This document shows positions 48,884 through 60,175 of a stretch of 64,000 bases of DNA, piece by piece. The position numbers were made by a program, and so were the translations under genes. Source of the stretch: Dehalococcoidia bacterium (GTDB taxonomy: Bacteria; Chloroflexota; Dehalococcoidia; Lucifugimonadales; UBA3495); contig CBDEGL010000003.1 of NCBI GenBank assembly GCA_965237745.1, forward strand, positions 13,470 through 77,469. Reading direction: 5' to 3'. The notes beneath the pieces are model-generated. The model was not told the DNA's origin. It did no database searches and saw only the letters and a program-made list of their open reading frames with translations. Each line of letters begins with the position of its first letter. Positions within the stretch are counted from its first letter, which is position 1.

Positions 48884-50716
48884 ATGTCTGGATTCCCATG
48901 GTCGAAATCCGGTTTGTATGTCTTGCTTATCCTGCTTGCTTCGTTCATGGCCATTGGCGTGTCCTGCGGAACTGAGCCGGAACAAGCCCCCGTGGCGACG
49001 ACCGCACCCGCAGCCACATCTGCGCCCGCTGCTACCGAGGCTCCGACCACCGCTCAGCAGGCAACCTCGCAGGCGCCGGCAACGGCCACACCCATCGCCG
49101 CAGCCGCAGCCACCAGGCCACCGCGCGACACATCGGGCACCGGGCCGACCGGGACACTCAACATCGGGTTCAAGGAAATCGGCCCCTATACCGGGCATCC
49201 CAGCAAGACCAGTTGGCCCCAGTATGGCGTGGTACAGTTGACCGCTTTTGAGGGGCTGTTCGGTCGCGACGCGCAGGGAGTGTTCTGGCCCAAGCTGGTC
49301 GAGAGCTGGACCGTGGACGACGATCAGCTCACCTGGACCTTCAAACTGGAAGAGGGCGTGTCCTTCCATGACGACTGGGGCGAGATGACTGCCGACGACG
49401 TCATCTGGTCGATCCACGAGTTCGCCGCCGAGGGTTCCTTCTCGGCCGGTGTGGCCCAGATAAGACGGCTCTGGCTTAACCAGAAAGGCCACGTCAAGGC
49501 CCTAGATGATTACACCATCGAGGTGAACACCGGCGATCCGGGCTGGGATATGCTGAGCTGGATCAACAGCCCGGCGGCCTCCGGCACCTGGATTATCAGC
49601 AAGGACCAGGTGGAAGAGTTGGGAGCCGACGAGGCCAATGGCCAAGCGGCCGGCACCGGCCCCTGGCGGATGGTGGAGAACGTCACTGACGATTTCTGGC
49701 GCTTTGAAGGGCTGGCCGACCATTGGCGCAAGCCACCTGAGTTTGCCGAACTGGTCTTCAAGGTCATCCCGGAGGAGTCCACCAGGATCGCCAACTTCCA
49801 GACCGGCCAGATAGACATATTCGCCGCTGCCCCCGACTCCATTCCGACCCTGGCCGAGATTCCTGACACGAAGTTCATGAGCCAGGGCGGAAGCTCCGAG
49901 TCGCACCTGGGCATCTACGGTATGTGGCACGAGTACGTGGGAACCGACAAGGAAAGGGAGGGATGGGACCCTGACGCGCCCTACATTTCCGCCAACTTGG
50001 ACCCGACCTCGGAGGAGTGGGAGCAGGCCCGCAAGGTGCGCCAGGCCATTGGCCTCGCCATTGACCGCGAGAAGCTGGTGAAGGAGTTGCTCCGGGGTGA
50101 GGGAGAGCCGCTGGCCATGTGGGGCTGGGCTTCCTTCGCCCACCGCGCCGACCCCAGCTGGGTCTGGGACTACGACCCGGAGAGGGCCAAAGAACTCCTG
50201 GCCGAGGCTGGGTATCCCAACGGATTTGAGGTGGAATTGACGCCGTCCATTCGCGGGGCGCCCGCCGAGGTGGAGGCCTGCGAGGCGGTGGCCGATATGT
50301 TACAGGACGTGGGCATCAACGCCCGCCTACAGCGCATCCCGTTCAACACGCTGTCGGAGGGCCAGTTCGCCCGCACCAACACCGGCATCACCTGCCACGC
50401 CGCCCAGCCTCTGGTGGAGCCGCTGGTGCTGTACGGGTTCATGTACGACCCGCTGGGCAGCTGGAGCGCGGGCAACGACCATCCGTACCTGACGGAACGG
50501 CTGCACAATGCCAGCGTGACCTTCGACTCCGATGACCGGTGGGCGATGCAAATGGAAATGGCCCATTGGATCTGGGACAACTCTTTCGACATCGGCCTCT
50601 ACTCGGTGAACAACATTTATCCGCTGGGTCCCAAGATAGATAGCTGGGAAGAGCACCTGGAAACGGGAGACCCCCGCCGCCTCAGCGCACTGGAGTTCGC
50701 CCCGCACCGTCGGTAG
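48884..50716 (+). CDS. ABC transporter substrate-binding lipoprotein, family 5 (Opp/Dpp)
   Basis: Lipobox GVSC, Ala/Thr/Pro linker, WTFKLEEGVSFHD, GTGPW, VRQAIGLAIDR, YDPERAKELLAEAGYPNGF. Confidence 0.93.
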   Translation: MSGFPWSKSGLYVLLILLASFMAIGVSCGTEPEQAPVATTAPAATSAPAATEAPTTAQQATSQAPATATPIAAAAATRPPRDTSGTGPTGTLNIGFKEIGPYTGHPSKTSWPQYGVVQLTAFEGLFGRDAQGVFWPKLVESWTVDDDQLTWTFKLEEGVSFHDDWGEMTADDVIWSIHEFAAEGSFSAGVAQIRRLWLNQKGHVKALDDYTIEVNTGDPGWDMLSWINSPAASGTWIISKDQVEELGADEANGQAAGTGPWRMVENVTDDFWRFEGLADHWRKPPEFAELVFKVIPEESTRIANFQTGQIDIFAAAPDSIPTLAEIPDTKFMSQGGSSESHLGIYGMWHEYVGTDKEREGWDPDAPYISANLDPTSEEWEQARKVRQAIGLAIDREKLVKELLRGEGEPLAMWGWASFAHRADPSWVWDYDPERAKELLAEAGYPNGFEVELTPSIRGAPAEVEACEAVADMLQDVGINARLQRIPFNTLSEGQFARTNTGITCHAAQPLVEPLVLYGFMYDPLGSWSAGNDHPYLTERLHNASVTFDSDDRWAMQMEMAHWIWDNSFDIGLYSVNNIYPLGPKIDSWEEHLETGDPRRLSALEFAPHRR

Positions 50717-50887
50717 AGCAGGGTCAGGTAGAGCAGAGTTACCGGGTTACCCTCCTCCCCGGCCCAGCGGAGGGTAATCCGGGCGACAAACCACTGCTCC
50801 GGCCAGTCTTCAGCATCGCCAATTCCTAGACAAGCTAGGAGACCGGGCCGGGAATTTCATCACTTTGATGTAAGCAGGCGCTCCACG

Positions 50888-51811
50888 ATGCAGAGGTTCC
50901 TCGTCAAACGGCTCATCCTTACCTTCATCACCCTGCTGGCAGTGTCCCTGATCATCTTCATCATGGCGAGGGCATCAGGGGATCCCCGGACGCTGATGCT
51001 CAGTGAACTGTCCACCGGCGACGTGGACCAGTGGGAGGAGCTGGGTAAGAAGCTGGGCTTGGACAAGCCCTACTATGAGCAATACGGAATTTTCCTGAGG
51101 GACATGCTGACGGGCAACTTCGGCAAGTCCATCAAGGAAAACCGCGAGGCGGCGGACATCATCTGGGAGCGCCTGATAGCCACCTTCCAACTGGGGGTGG
51201 CTGCCTTCGCTTTCTCCATCATAGTCGGGATTCCGCTGGGCATCCTGTCGTCGGTCAACCGGGGCGGAATCCTGGACAATATAGGCAAAGTGGTGGCGCT
51301 CATCGGCCAGTCGGCCCCGCCCTTCTGGATCGGCATAATGATGATTTTCTTCTTTGCGGTGAATCTGGGTTGGGTGCCTCCATCGGGCCGCGAAGACTGG
51401 AAGGGCATCATCCTGCCAGCGGTCACCCTAGGCTGGTTCTTCGTGGCGGCAAATATGCGGCTGGTGCGTTCGGCCATGCTGGACGTGCTGGACTCGGAGT
51501 ACATCAAGCTGGCCCGCGCCAAGGGCGTCTCATCCAATGCAATCATCTGGAAGCACGCCCTGCGCAACGCCCTGATACCTCCGCTGACCTTCGCCGGAGT
51601 GACCATGGGCAGCCTGGTGGCCGGCTCACTCACCACCGAGGTGGTCTTCGCGTGGCCGGGGCTGGGACGTCTGGCAGTCACTGCCATGCTAGCCTCCGAC
51701 TACCCGGTGCTCCAGGGCGTGGTCATCACCTACACATTGCTGTACGTGGGAGCGGCCTTCCTAGTGGACGTGATGTACGCCTACATCGACCCGAGAATTC
51801 GATTCGCATAG
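50888..51811 (+). CDS. ABC peptide/nickel transporter permease (DppB-like)
   Basis: GLDKP, GNFGKS, EYIKLARAKG, KHALRNA, DPRIR. Confidence 0.94.
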   Translation: MQRFLVKRLILTFITLLAVSLIIFIMARASGDPRTLMLSELSTGDVDQWEELGKKLGLDKPYYEQYGIFLRDMLTGNFGKSIKENREAADIIWERLIATFQLGVAAFAFSIIVGIPLGILSSVNRGGILDNIGKVVALIGQSAPPFWIGIMMIFFFAVNLGWVPPSGREDWKGIILPAVTLGWFFVAANMRLVRSAMLDVLDSEYIKLARAKGVSSNAIIWKHALRNALIPPLTFAGVTMGSLVAGSLTTEVVFAWPGLGRLAVTAMLASDYPVLQGVVITYTLLYVGAAFLVDVMYAYIDPRIRFA

Positions 51812-51899
51812 AGGGCAGTCAGTTCGGCTTTCGCGTTCCAACAGCGTCTCCCGGCTTTCTTCGGTGTTGTCAAAACTATAAGCAGGGGCATACCTGGAA

Positions 51900-52940
51900 A
51901 TGGCAGTTGCGGAAACCACCGGCGGCATATTTGCTGCTCCACGAAGGGCCGGTTCCTGGATAAGAGTAATCCACGAAAAATGGCGGCGCTGGCCCATCAT
52001 TTCGGTGCTGCTCTTGTTGCTGGTGGTGGTCACCGGCTTGGGCGCCAACGTGATCGCTCCCCACGATCCCGAAAACGGCGATCTGTCCGACCGCAACTTG
52101 CCACCCCTCTGGGGATCCCCCACGACGACGCTCAAGCTGGTGGTTGAGGCGCCGGAGACGGGCAAGCGCCACCTGCAAATACCCTTGGACGAAGCGCGCG
52201 AGATAGACCCCAGCGTCGCGATCGGCGACACCCTGGACGTGGAAATCCGCGCCGGGGGAAGCACCGAGTTCCTGCTGGGCACGGACCATCTGGGGCGCGA
52301 CCTGCTCAGCCGGGTTATTTTTGGCGCCCGTATCTCCCTGATTGTCTCGCTGGTGACCCTGGGAGTCGGCGGCACACTGGGGGTGATCCTGGGGCTGGTG
52401 GCCGGGTGGTACGGGGGCTGGACCGATGAACTACTAATGCGGCTGGTGGACATCATCCTCTCCCTGCCGTTGATCTTGGTGGCGCTGGTGCTGGTGGTGG
52501 CCGTCGGGCAATCGCTGGAAATCATCGTGCTGGTGTTGGCGCTGTGGATCTGGCCCCGCTTCGCCCGCATGGTGCGAGGCGAGGTGCTGCAACTCAAGAG
52601 CATGGACTATGTGGCACTGGCCCGGGTTGCCGGTGCCTCCACGTGGCGCATACTGTTCAAGCACCTCCTCCCCGGCACCACCAACACCCTGATAGTGGTT
52701 GCCACCCTGCAGGTCGGCATCGTCATCCTGGTGGAGGCCACTCTCAGCTTCCTGGGCGCCGGGATTCCTCCCCCGGAGCCGGCTTGGGGTTCCATGGTGG
52801 CCGACGGGCGCGACCGCCTGAGCGACGCCTGGTGGATCGCCACAGTGCCGGGAGTCGCAATCCTGCTCACCGTCATGTCGCTGAACCTCTTCGGCGACTG
52901 GCTCCGGGACAAGCTGGACCCCCGTCTGCGCCAGATTTAG
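51900..52940 (+). CDS. ABC peptide/nickel transporter permease (DppC-like)
   Basis: LLGTDHLGRDLLSRVIFGARISL, DYVALARVAGAS, LSFLG, GDWLRDKLDPR. Confidence 0.94.
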   Translation: MAVAETTGGIFAAPRRAGSWIRVIHEKWRRWPIISVLLLLLVVVTGLGANVIAPHDPENGDLSDRNLPPLWGSPTTTLKLVVEAPETGKRHLQIPLDEAREIDPSVAIGDTLDVEIRAGGSTEFLLGTDHLGRDLLSRVIFGARISLIVSLVTLGVGGTLGVILGLVAGWYGGWTDELLMRLVDIILSLPLILVALVLVVAVGQSLEIIVLVLALWIWPRFARMVRGEVLQLKSMDYVALARVAGASTWRILFKHLLPGTTNTLIVVATLQVGIVILVEATLSFLGAGIPPPEPAWGSMVADGRDRLSDAWWIATVPGVAILLTVMSLNLFGDWLRDKLDPRLRQI

Positions 52941-53089
52941 TAGGGCTTCTCCGGCGGAACGCCAAGATATTTTAGTTGTTCCCTCTCCCCGGGGTTAGGG
53001 AAAGGGCCTCCCTGACCGTGAACGAACATTGTGTCATCCCAAGATTCCACCCTCACCGCAGCCCTCTCCCACAATGAAGAAGGAGAATC

Positions 53090-53528
53090 ATATTAACCTG
53101 TGGAGAATACTTCTGGAGGGCGCGCGGACTTCGCACCGGTTCCCCGGCAAACAATTTCCTTTCGACTGGGGACAGCTTACTAACCTCAAAGTGCTGAACC
53201 TGGCAGACAACCCGCTCACCGAGGGCCCTATACCAGACAGCCTGCCAGCCAGTCGGACCTGGGGAGCCTGCCGTTGTGCGGCGAACAAGAGAGACAGCAG
53301 GCGGCGGCGGAACAGCAGCTCCAAGCCAGGCTCGCCAGGGAGAGGCAAGCCCTGGTTACCCTCTACAACGCCCCGGGCGGGGCCGACTGGTGGGATTCGA
53401 CCAACTGGCTGAGCGACCAACCGGTGGTAGCGTAGTTCGGCGTTGACATCGAACGGGAGAGATTCGTTATCCGCCTCGAACTCTACGAGAACAACCTCAC
53501 GGGCCAGTTACCGCCGGAACTGTTGATT
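53090..53528 (+). pseudogene. Plant-type LRR protein remnant
   Basis: GQLTNLKVLNLADNPLTEGPIP; ERQALVTLYNA.GG.DW...NWLS; LELYENNLTGQLPPEL across frameshifts and a stop. Confidence 0.7.
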
Positions 53529-55098
53529 TGTCGTTGTTCAGCGAAAAGGCCCGCGCTAACTGGCCAGCGAAAATGCCACAGCATGGAGAATGTGCATTGA
53601 CGCAAAGAGAACAGGGAAGGCTACAGGTTCTGAACAGCTTGCTCGCGGAGCACACGACACTGGATCAGGCCACCGCTCTGATGGGTGTCAGCCCGCGACA
53701 CACCCGGCGTATCCTGGCGGCTTACCAGGAAAACGGCGCTGCATCCCTTGCCCATGGCCATCGGGGCCGCAGGCCGTCCAACGCAACACCCGATGCCGTG
53801 GCAACTGCTGTGGTTCACCTGGCTCGTACCAGGTACGCAGGGGTCAACCACACCCATCTCAGCGAGTTGCTGAGCGAGCGCGAGGGCATCGATATCGGCA
53901 GGACCACCCTGCGGCGTATCCTTGTCAACGCCGGGCTGATCAGTCCGCGGCTAAGGCGCCCGCCCAAGCACCGGGTACGCCGCCAGCGAATGCCGCGGGA
54001 GGGCATTCTGCTACGTATGGACGGCAGTCATCACCCGTGGCTGGGGGATCGGGCGCCGCCGTTCACGCTGCTGATCGCGGTGGACGATGCCACCGGCACA
54101 GTCGTCGACACCCTCTTCTGCGAGAAGGAGGACGCCCGCAGCTACTTCCTGCTGATCCGTGGTCTTTTGCAGCGTTGTGGCATACCCGTCGCCCTGTACA
54201 CTGACCGCCACGGGGTCTTCAGGCACATAGCCGGACCCGGACTGACCGGAACATCAACCCAATTCAGCCGGGCCATGGACGAACTGGGGATTCAGATGAT
54301 ATTCGCCCTGTCGCCACAGGCGAAGGGTCGAGTGGAGCGAACGGCAGAAACCTTTCAGGACCGGCTGGCAACTGAACTCCATCTGACAGGGGCGAGCAGC
54401 ATCGGGGAAGCCAACAGCTTGCTGGAGCAGTTCCTGCCGCGACTGAACCGGCGTTTCCGGGTTCCGCCGCAGTACCCTGAGCCCGCGTTCCGGGCTGTGG
54501 ACCCGGAGCTGTGCCTGGAACAGATCCTGTGTTTGAAGCACCGCAGAAAAGTGGCCAAGGACAACACGGTGAGATTCCAGCTGCATACCCTGCAGTTGCT
54601 GCCAGGGCGGGGACGTCCCAGCTATGCCGGGACGGCTGGATGTCGGTGCGGTATGAAGGGCGCATCATCGCTTCCCGGGAGGCGCCACCCAGCCCCGTAT
54701 TTCTCCGGAACGGCCACGGAGGCTCCGCAAGTGTTCCTGTCCCGCCCTCCCGTGCCGACGGCTTGGGTGACCGCTGGGCAGCGGCTCTCGAACCACTGGA
54801 CTCAAGGGCAGAGGACGAGAACGGTCGCGGTATGATCACTGACGGCAGGCCCGCAACCACCCCTACACGCAACCCGACGTTCCTTCAGAAAGCGCGTCGC
54901 AAGGGGATGTAGCTTCGGGCAATCGAGCGGGAATTGGGAATCCACAGAGCCAGCGTCAAGAAATACCTGGATGCCGAAGGCCCTCCAACGCGGCAAACCC
55001 GGGCGATTGCCGCAACGTCGTCATCTGATAACATCGAGGCTTAACTGAGTGACATTTACGCTGAACACTTAACCGGACATTTATCCTGAACTTCGACA
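53529..55098 (+). mobile_element. IS1202/IS481-like (ISNCY) element; transposase about 53574-55045 frameshifted
   Basis: Ends TGTCGTTGTTCAG and CTGAACTTCGACA; MDGSHHPWL, VDDATG, YTDRH, SPQAKGRVER. Confidence 0.85.
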
Positions 55099-55332
55099 CC
55101 CTACTGGCCCAACATCCCATCGCCATTGACATCTGGAACGGCCGCGGCGACAACCGGGTCAGCCCAGCACATGTATCAGCCTCGGACCGACCCGGAACGA
55201 CCTCCGGGGCTAATTTCAGGCCCCTGTATTTCCCGAGCCGTCTCTTCTCTCATACCACCACCCCGTGCGGGGAACCGGCACTCTGGGCCACTGAACGAGA
55301 CTAGCGCCCTCGGGATGAGCTGGTCCAGCCCT

Positions 55333-55602
55333 CTATTCCAGCCACCGGGCGGCATCGCCCGCCGACTCGCCCCGGGTGTACTTCGCCACCAAGGTGCTGC
55401 TGTACCATCGGCCCTGCCGGATGATCGCCAAGTCCGGAACGCCGACCCGGGCCAAACCCACCCGGCCGACATGGCTGGAAACAGCCCTGTTTACAGCCAT
55501 GGCTGTAAATTCATTCCTCCTGTAGCTGAAGGGGTGGCTGGAAACCCGGTGGCAAAACCCTTGGCAGAAAGCCATACTTCAGGTATTCCATCCAGGGGTG
55601 TA
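55333..55602 (-). pseudogene. Cre-like recombinase C-terminal remnant fused to a res-like region
   Basis: HVGRVGLAR...RQGRWYSSTLVAKYTRGESAG; upstream DNA homologous to 31723-31880. Confidence 0.7.
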
Positions 55603-56119
55603 TACGAGTGGGGGTAACTGTTCAGACTTCGTGGGATCTGAGCGGAGTCCCAAGCGTCGGAATTGGCAATCTAGCTATGAAAGACCGCTCCCGTTGAACG
55701 GATATTCCGAGAGGTCCCCTCAACTCTGAACAGTTACGAGTGGGGCTCCATCCTGGTTATAGGTGGCCACCTTCACCCCCTCCTCGGCGGCGGCTTCCTG
55801 CACCGCTGCGTATTGCTCAGGGGTCAGTGTCACGTTTAGTTGCTTTCTCAGCATAGCAGGCCGCTCCCTGTATAGCACTTCTACCGGGGAAGAGGATTGG
55901 TTTGCGAGCAAAGACGTTTATCGCATTCACCCGGACTGTCTGCAATGCCAACAGAGTGTGTAAGGGTGCTGGTCTTGAAAGCCCTTTTTATGGACGAAAT
56001 CACCTGCGCCAAAACTGTCCCTTGGTGACACAGGGGGGACGTCCCGGCGGACTGGACTGGAGGCACTACGCCGGAAACGTATCGGACGGGGCTTCGTTCT
56101 TGATACGGAGCGGGCAGCG

Positions 56120-56208
56120 CCGTTGAGCAGGCTTACATGCGTTCGGACACGTTCGATCAGCGGTGGGAGCTAATGCAAGAATGGGCGTCCTTTGATGCCA
56201 GCCGTTAG
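56120..56208 (+). pseudogene. P4-like integrase C-terminal remnant
   Basis: VEQAYMRSDTFDQRWELMQEWASF. Confidence 0.55.
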
Positions 56209-56474
56209 AATCGAAATACCCCCCTCTACCGGCGGAGCGGGAACGGGGAACATCCTATCTAGGACGTGCTGTCATAGGGAACATTTTCGTCGTGTGCTCT
56301 CACCGGCGTGGTGATGATACGGTTGTGCTTTGTTGCGTCTCGGAGATCGAAGATGGCCGGGCAATCGCCTTTCAAATCAACGGGTTGCCCATAGAAACGG
56401 ACGCCGGTGGCCACGAGTTTGCAAGTGCGCAAGAGGCCGAGGCAACCTTGGTTAATTCAACGTGGGCTCATGCC

Positions 56475-56623
56475 TAAACCGAAACCAAGGTGGACTATGC
56501 ATTTGGCGGGAGTGTCAGTCGCCACAGGGAACCATCTTCTCTGTGTGGCGGATGAGGTTGGCTGAGAAATTTAACCTGTCCTGCATCACCCCGAAATGTA
56601 GATTTCACCTTGGCTTCGATTTG
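56475..56623. mobile_element. Diverged ~150-bp MITE related to 15374/61576
   Basis: TAAACCGAAACCAAGGTGG...ATTTCACCTTGGCTTCGATTT; different interior. Confidence 0.65.
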
Positions 56624-56653
56624 GGAGGCGAGTTAGCGGAGAATTCAAGAATG

Positions 56654-58602
56654 CTATTCACCAGGGCACCAGTAACGTTCGGGTCCGAATCTAAAGGGAC
56701 TGTTCTCTTTGTAGGGCAGACAGCCGGTGACCTTGTTGTAGCCCAGATTCGCTCTTTCTAGCTTCTCGAGTTCGGCCAACGGACCCGGCAAGCCAATGGT
56801 CATAGTGTTTCCTGCTATGTTCACATTCCTGAGTTCCACGAGATTTGCAAACGAGGGAGGTATGTCCCCGGTAAGATTGTTGTCAGTAAGATACAACTCC
56901 CTGAGTTCCACTAGGTTTCCTAACGAGGGAGGTATGTCCCCGGTAAGATTGTTGTCAGTAAGATGCAACTCCCTGAGTTCCACGAGATTTGCAAACGAGG
57001 GAGGTATGTCCCCGGTAAGCCCGGTAAGACCGGTAAGCCCGGTAAGCTCGATAAGATTGTTTTCAGTAAGATGCAACTCCCTGAGCCTGATGAGCTTCCC
57101 GAGAGATTCAGGAATCTCGCCTCTCAGCCCGGACTCCAGAAGATGTAGCACTTCAAGGTTGGCCAAGTCTCCAATTTCCTCTGGCAGTGGGTGGGTTGTT
57201 GAAATGTACTTGCCAAAAGCGCCTAGTCGGAGTTTTATCACTCGCCCTTCCCTGTCCGTGGAGACGCCTTCCCACTCACCCAAAGGAGCACGGCTCAACC
57301 ATTCCTCCAATTCCGGACTCCCCCAAGCCTTGTGGATTGCGACCAACGTTTCCGCGTCACCCTGGTGCGTAGCGATGTCGCACACAGTCAGGTCATCGTC
57401 AAGACCAGAGACCTCAAACAAGGCGTCTGATATGCACCCAGTAAAGTTGTTCCCATGGAGATTTACACGTTGAAGCCTGCTGAGTGTTCTATCCAGTTCC
57501 ACAGGTATCTCTCCGGTTAACTGGTTGCCTGAGACGAATAATCCGCTGAGGTTCTCCAAATTGGCAAGCTCCCGCGGCAGTTGCCCAGAGACGCTGTTAT
57601 CCGATATGGTCAGAATGCGCAAGTTTGTCAATTTGCCCAGTTCCGGCGGTATTTCGCCGGTGAAGTTGTTCTTCATAAGAGCCAACTCTTCCAGATTGAC
57701 CAAGTCACCCAGTTCCGGCTGTATCTCGTCCGTCAGTGCGACAAAAGTCATGTGGAGTTTTCGGAGATTTTTCAAATTGGCGAATTCCGGAGGAATCCCG
57801 CCAGCTATAGTTAGACGTGGTGGAGATCCTCCGTGCCACATTAATTCTTCGAGATTGGAGAGGTTCCCCAGCTCCGGCGGTATACCCTCTGGAACGTCGA
57901 AATTAAATATAGATAGTAATCGCAACTGGGTGAGGTTTCCGAGTTCGGAAAACGCATCCCGACTCAGAATGTTACCGTTTCCACCAAGTGTCAGCTCGAT
58001 TACTCTCCCGTCATGGTCAACAGAGACGCCTGCCCACTCTCCGACCGGTTCGAACCCCGCCCAGGTTTGACTCCTATCCCATTTCTCGCCGTTGCTGCGG
58101 TTGAAGAAGGCGAGCAGGGCCTCCCTGTCCGTTTCAGCCGAGGGGTTGGCGACCGGTGGCCGCGCGGTCGACCTAGGGGTGGGCGTAGGCCCTGCTGGCG
58201 TTGCCGCTGGCTCCGGTGCAGCCGGGGTACGTGTCGTCCTCTGTTGCTGGGTCTGCCTTGGCGTTGAGATAGTCGCTGCCGGGGTTGCTCCGGTCCTGCC
58301 GGTGGTTGCTTGGGGCTGCTGGGTCTGCCTTGGCGTTGAGATAGTCGCTGCCGGGGTTGCTCCGGTCCTGCCGGTGGTTGCTTGGGGCTGCGCCGGTGCT
58401 GAGGCGTGGCGTGCGTTGCTTGGGCAGTCCTGCCGGTGGTAGCTGGGGTCTGAGGAGCAGTGGTCGGCGCGGGAGCGCCGGTGGCCTGGTCTCCTTCCCG
58501 GTCCAGTTCCTTCGGGCCCTCCCCTCCCCCACAGGCCAGCATTGCGGCCGCCAGAATCAGCAGGATACTGAATGCAGCAAGGTGCGGGATTATTCTGCTC
58601 AT
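56654..58602 (-). pseudogene. Plant-RLK-type leucine-rich-repeat lipoprotein, frameshifted near 58400
   Basis: Signal/lipobox MLAC in the 58602 frame; LRRNT-like caps (DREALLAF, EWAGVS) and LxxLxLxxNxLTGxIP repeats in the 56654 frame. Confidence 0.85.
58245..58391. repeat. 72-bp tandem duplication in the LRR protein linker
   Basis: QPQATTGRTGATPAATISTPRQTQ twice. Confidence 0.9.
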
Positions 58603-58913
58603 GCAGTGGGCTCCCGGTGAAGGATCCCGGAGAGCGGCGGGCTCTCCGGGGGGAATGCCATTGGCTTGATATTAGCACTATATGGAGGTGAATTGAATGG
58701 GCCAACTGGCCAATGTTCGGTAGCGGCGCGTGCATCTGAAGGCCCTGCTCCACGGCCATGGTTTCCCTGGCGCCCGTAGGCGAGGGCTAGGAACTCGGCC
58801 ATGACTTCCGGGGCGAGGTCGGCGCCCGGGGCGGACGCCAGGGCAGCGTCTCCTTCCATGTCATGCTCCGGTCAAGTTGCTGCTAAATTCACTTACGCAC
58901 AGGGGTGTAACTG

Positions 58914-59464
58914 GATGCAGCGACCTTTTCAAAAACTGACTTTGAACGCACTGCCAAGAGGCGTCAACAAGTCTTCCGAGATGAGTCCCAGCCCGTCAGC
59001 GCCGAGGAAAACCATCCCAAAGACGATAATGGATTGTGCAGTCCTCATATCTTGGCCTTGGGCTACGAAGAAGAGAACCTCTACCCAGGCATCCGAGCAT
59101 GGACGGAGTCATCGACTTCTTTAGTCAGCGCAACATCAAGTGGTGGAAGAGCACCAGAAGCAACGATGACACCAGCGTGGACGGCCCAACCCAGAACATG
59201 GCAAGTTCCCAGATGGCCTGCGTTAACTTCCTCTTGCTGTTGGCCGGAATCCCCGGAGCGTTGTCAGCGGCTTTGTAGGCGATGGATGGTGACGTCCGCG
59301 AGGTAGTGGGCATCCACCACGAGTGTCGCACCGCCCCCGTGGAGTTCGAGTGACTTGGTATTTCCTACTCCCTCGAGGGAGGCAGCACCAGGGGTGCTCA
59401 GGGCACCAGCGCCGACGCCTTCTTGGTGGCCGAACCCGTATCAGGAAACAGGCGGGCCTACCTC
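58914..59464 (+). pseudogene. Putative restriction-endonuclease-like (PGN_0703-type) pseudogene
   Basis: ENLYPGIR...FFSQRNIKWW...PTQNMASSQMACVNFL...EFE...DAFL with stops and frameshifts; start approximate. Confidence 0.5.
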
Positions 59465-59465
59465 T

Positions 59466-60068
59466 TAAACTAAAGCCAAAGTGGAATACACATTTACTGG
59501 GTGTTGAGAATCAGGCCGGGAGTTGCGCAGGAGGGCTTGATCCCTTGATTTCAGGATGGTTCGGCAACGCCGCTTCACTTCTTCCTTCCGACCGACCAGT
59601 CCAGCGAGGAAATGGCTGACTCGCTCCTGCACATTTGCCGAAGTTCCCAGGCACGTGTTCCCGGTGGCTCCTCCCTCGCCCAACCTCAGATAGCCTCATC
59701 TACGTTGAAGTCCGGGCTGTAGTCCGGCAGAACCTGCCCTCGTGAAAACGAGGGTTCACCAGCCGCAGTGCCAGACCCGGCGTCCGCAGGTACTCCCCGA
59801 CTGCCTCGCCTCGGTGCGCCGGCGCGTTGTCCCAGATCACATTCAGCGGTCCAGCGTGCCCCTTCCTCAACTGGTCCAGGAAGGCCGCCGAGGTCCCGGA
59901 GTTGCTGTTGCCCTCCAGTTCCATCCACTCCACCTCACCGGTCTCCAGGCACACCGCCGAGTAGTAGCTGGCCTTCTCCCCATACCGCGGGCTGGTGGAG
60001 TCCACCAACGCAGGCTTACCCTTCAGCACCCACTTGCCCCGCAGTTCCGCGTCCGCCCGGAAGTGGGT
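59466..60068 (-). mobile_element. IS630-family C-terminal remnant with its terminal repeat
   Basis: HFRADAELRGKW...NVIWDNAPAH...YSPDFNVDEAI; end TAAACTAAAGCCAAAGTGG. Confidence 0.75.
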
Positions 60069-60175
60069 GGTCAACAAACGGGCGGTTTCTCCATCATAAA
60101 CATCATCATCATCATCAACATGGTGATGGTGCCCAACAAACGGGCGTTTTATATCCAGCAAGGCCCAGTATACGA

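Noticed and set aside
60092-60131. (ATC)n run read as HHHHVDDDDD
   Set aside because: Short low-complexity tract at an IS junction with no supported gene.
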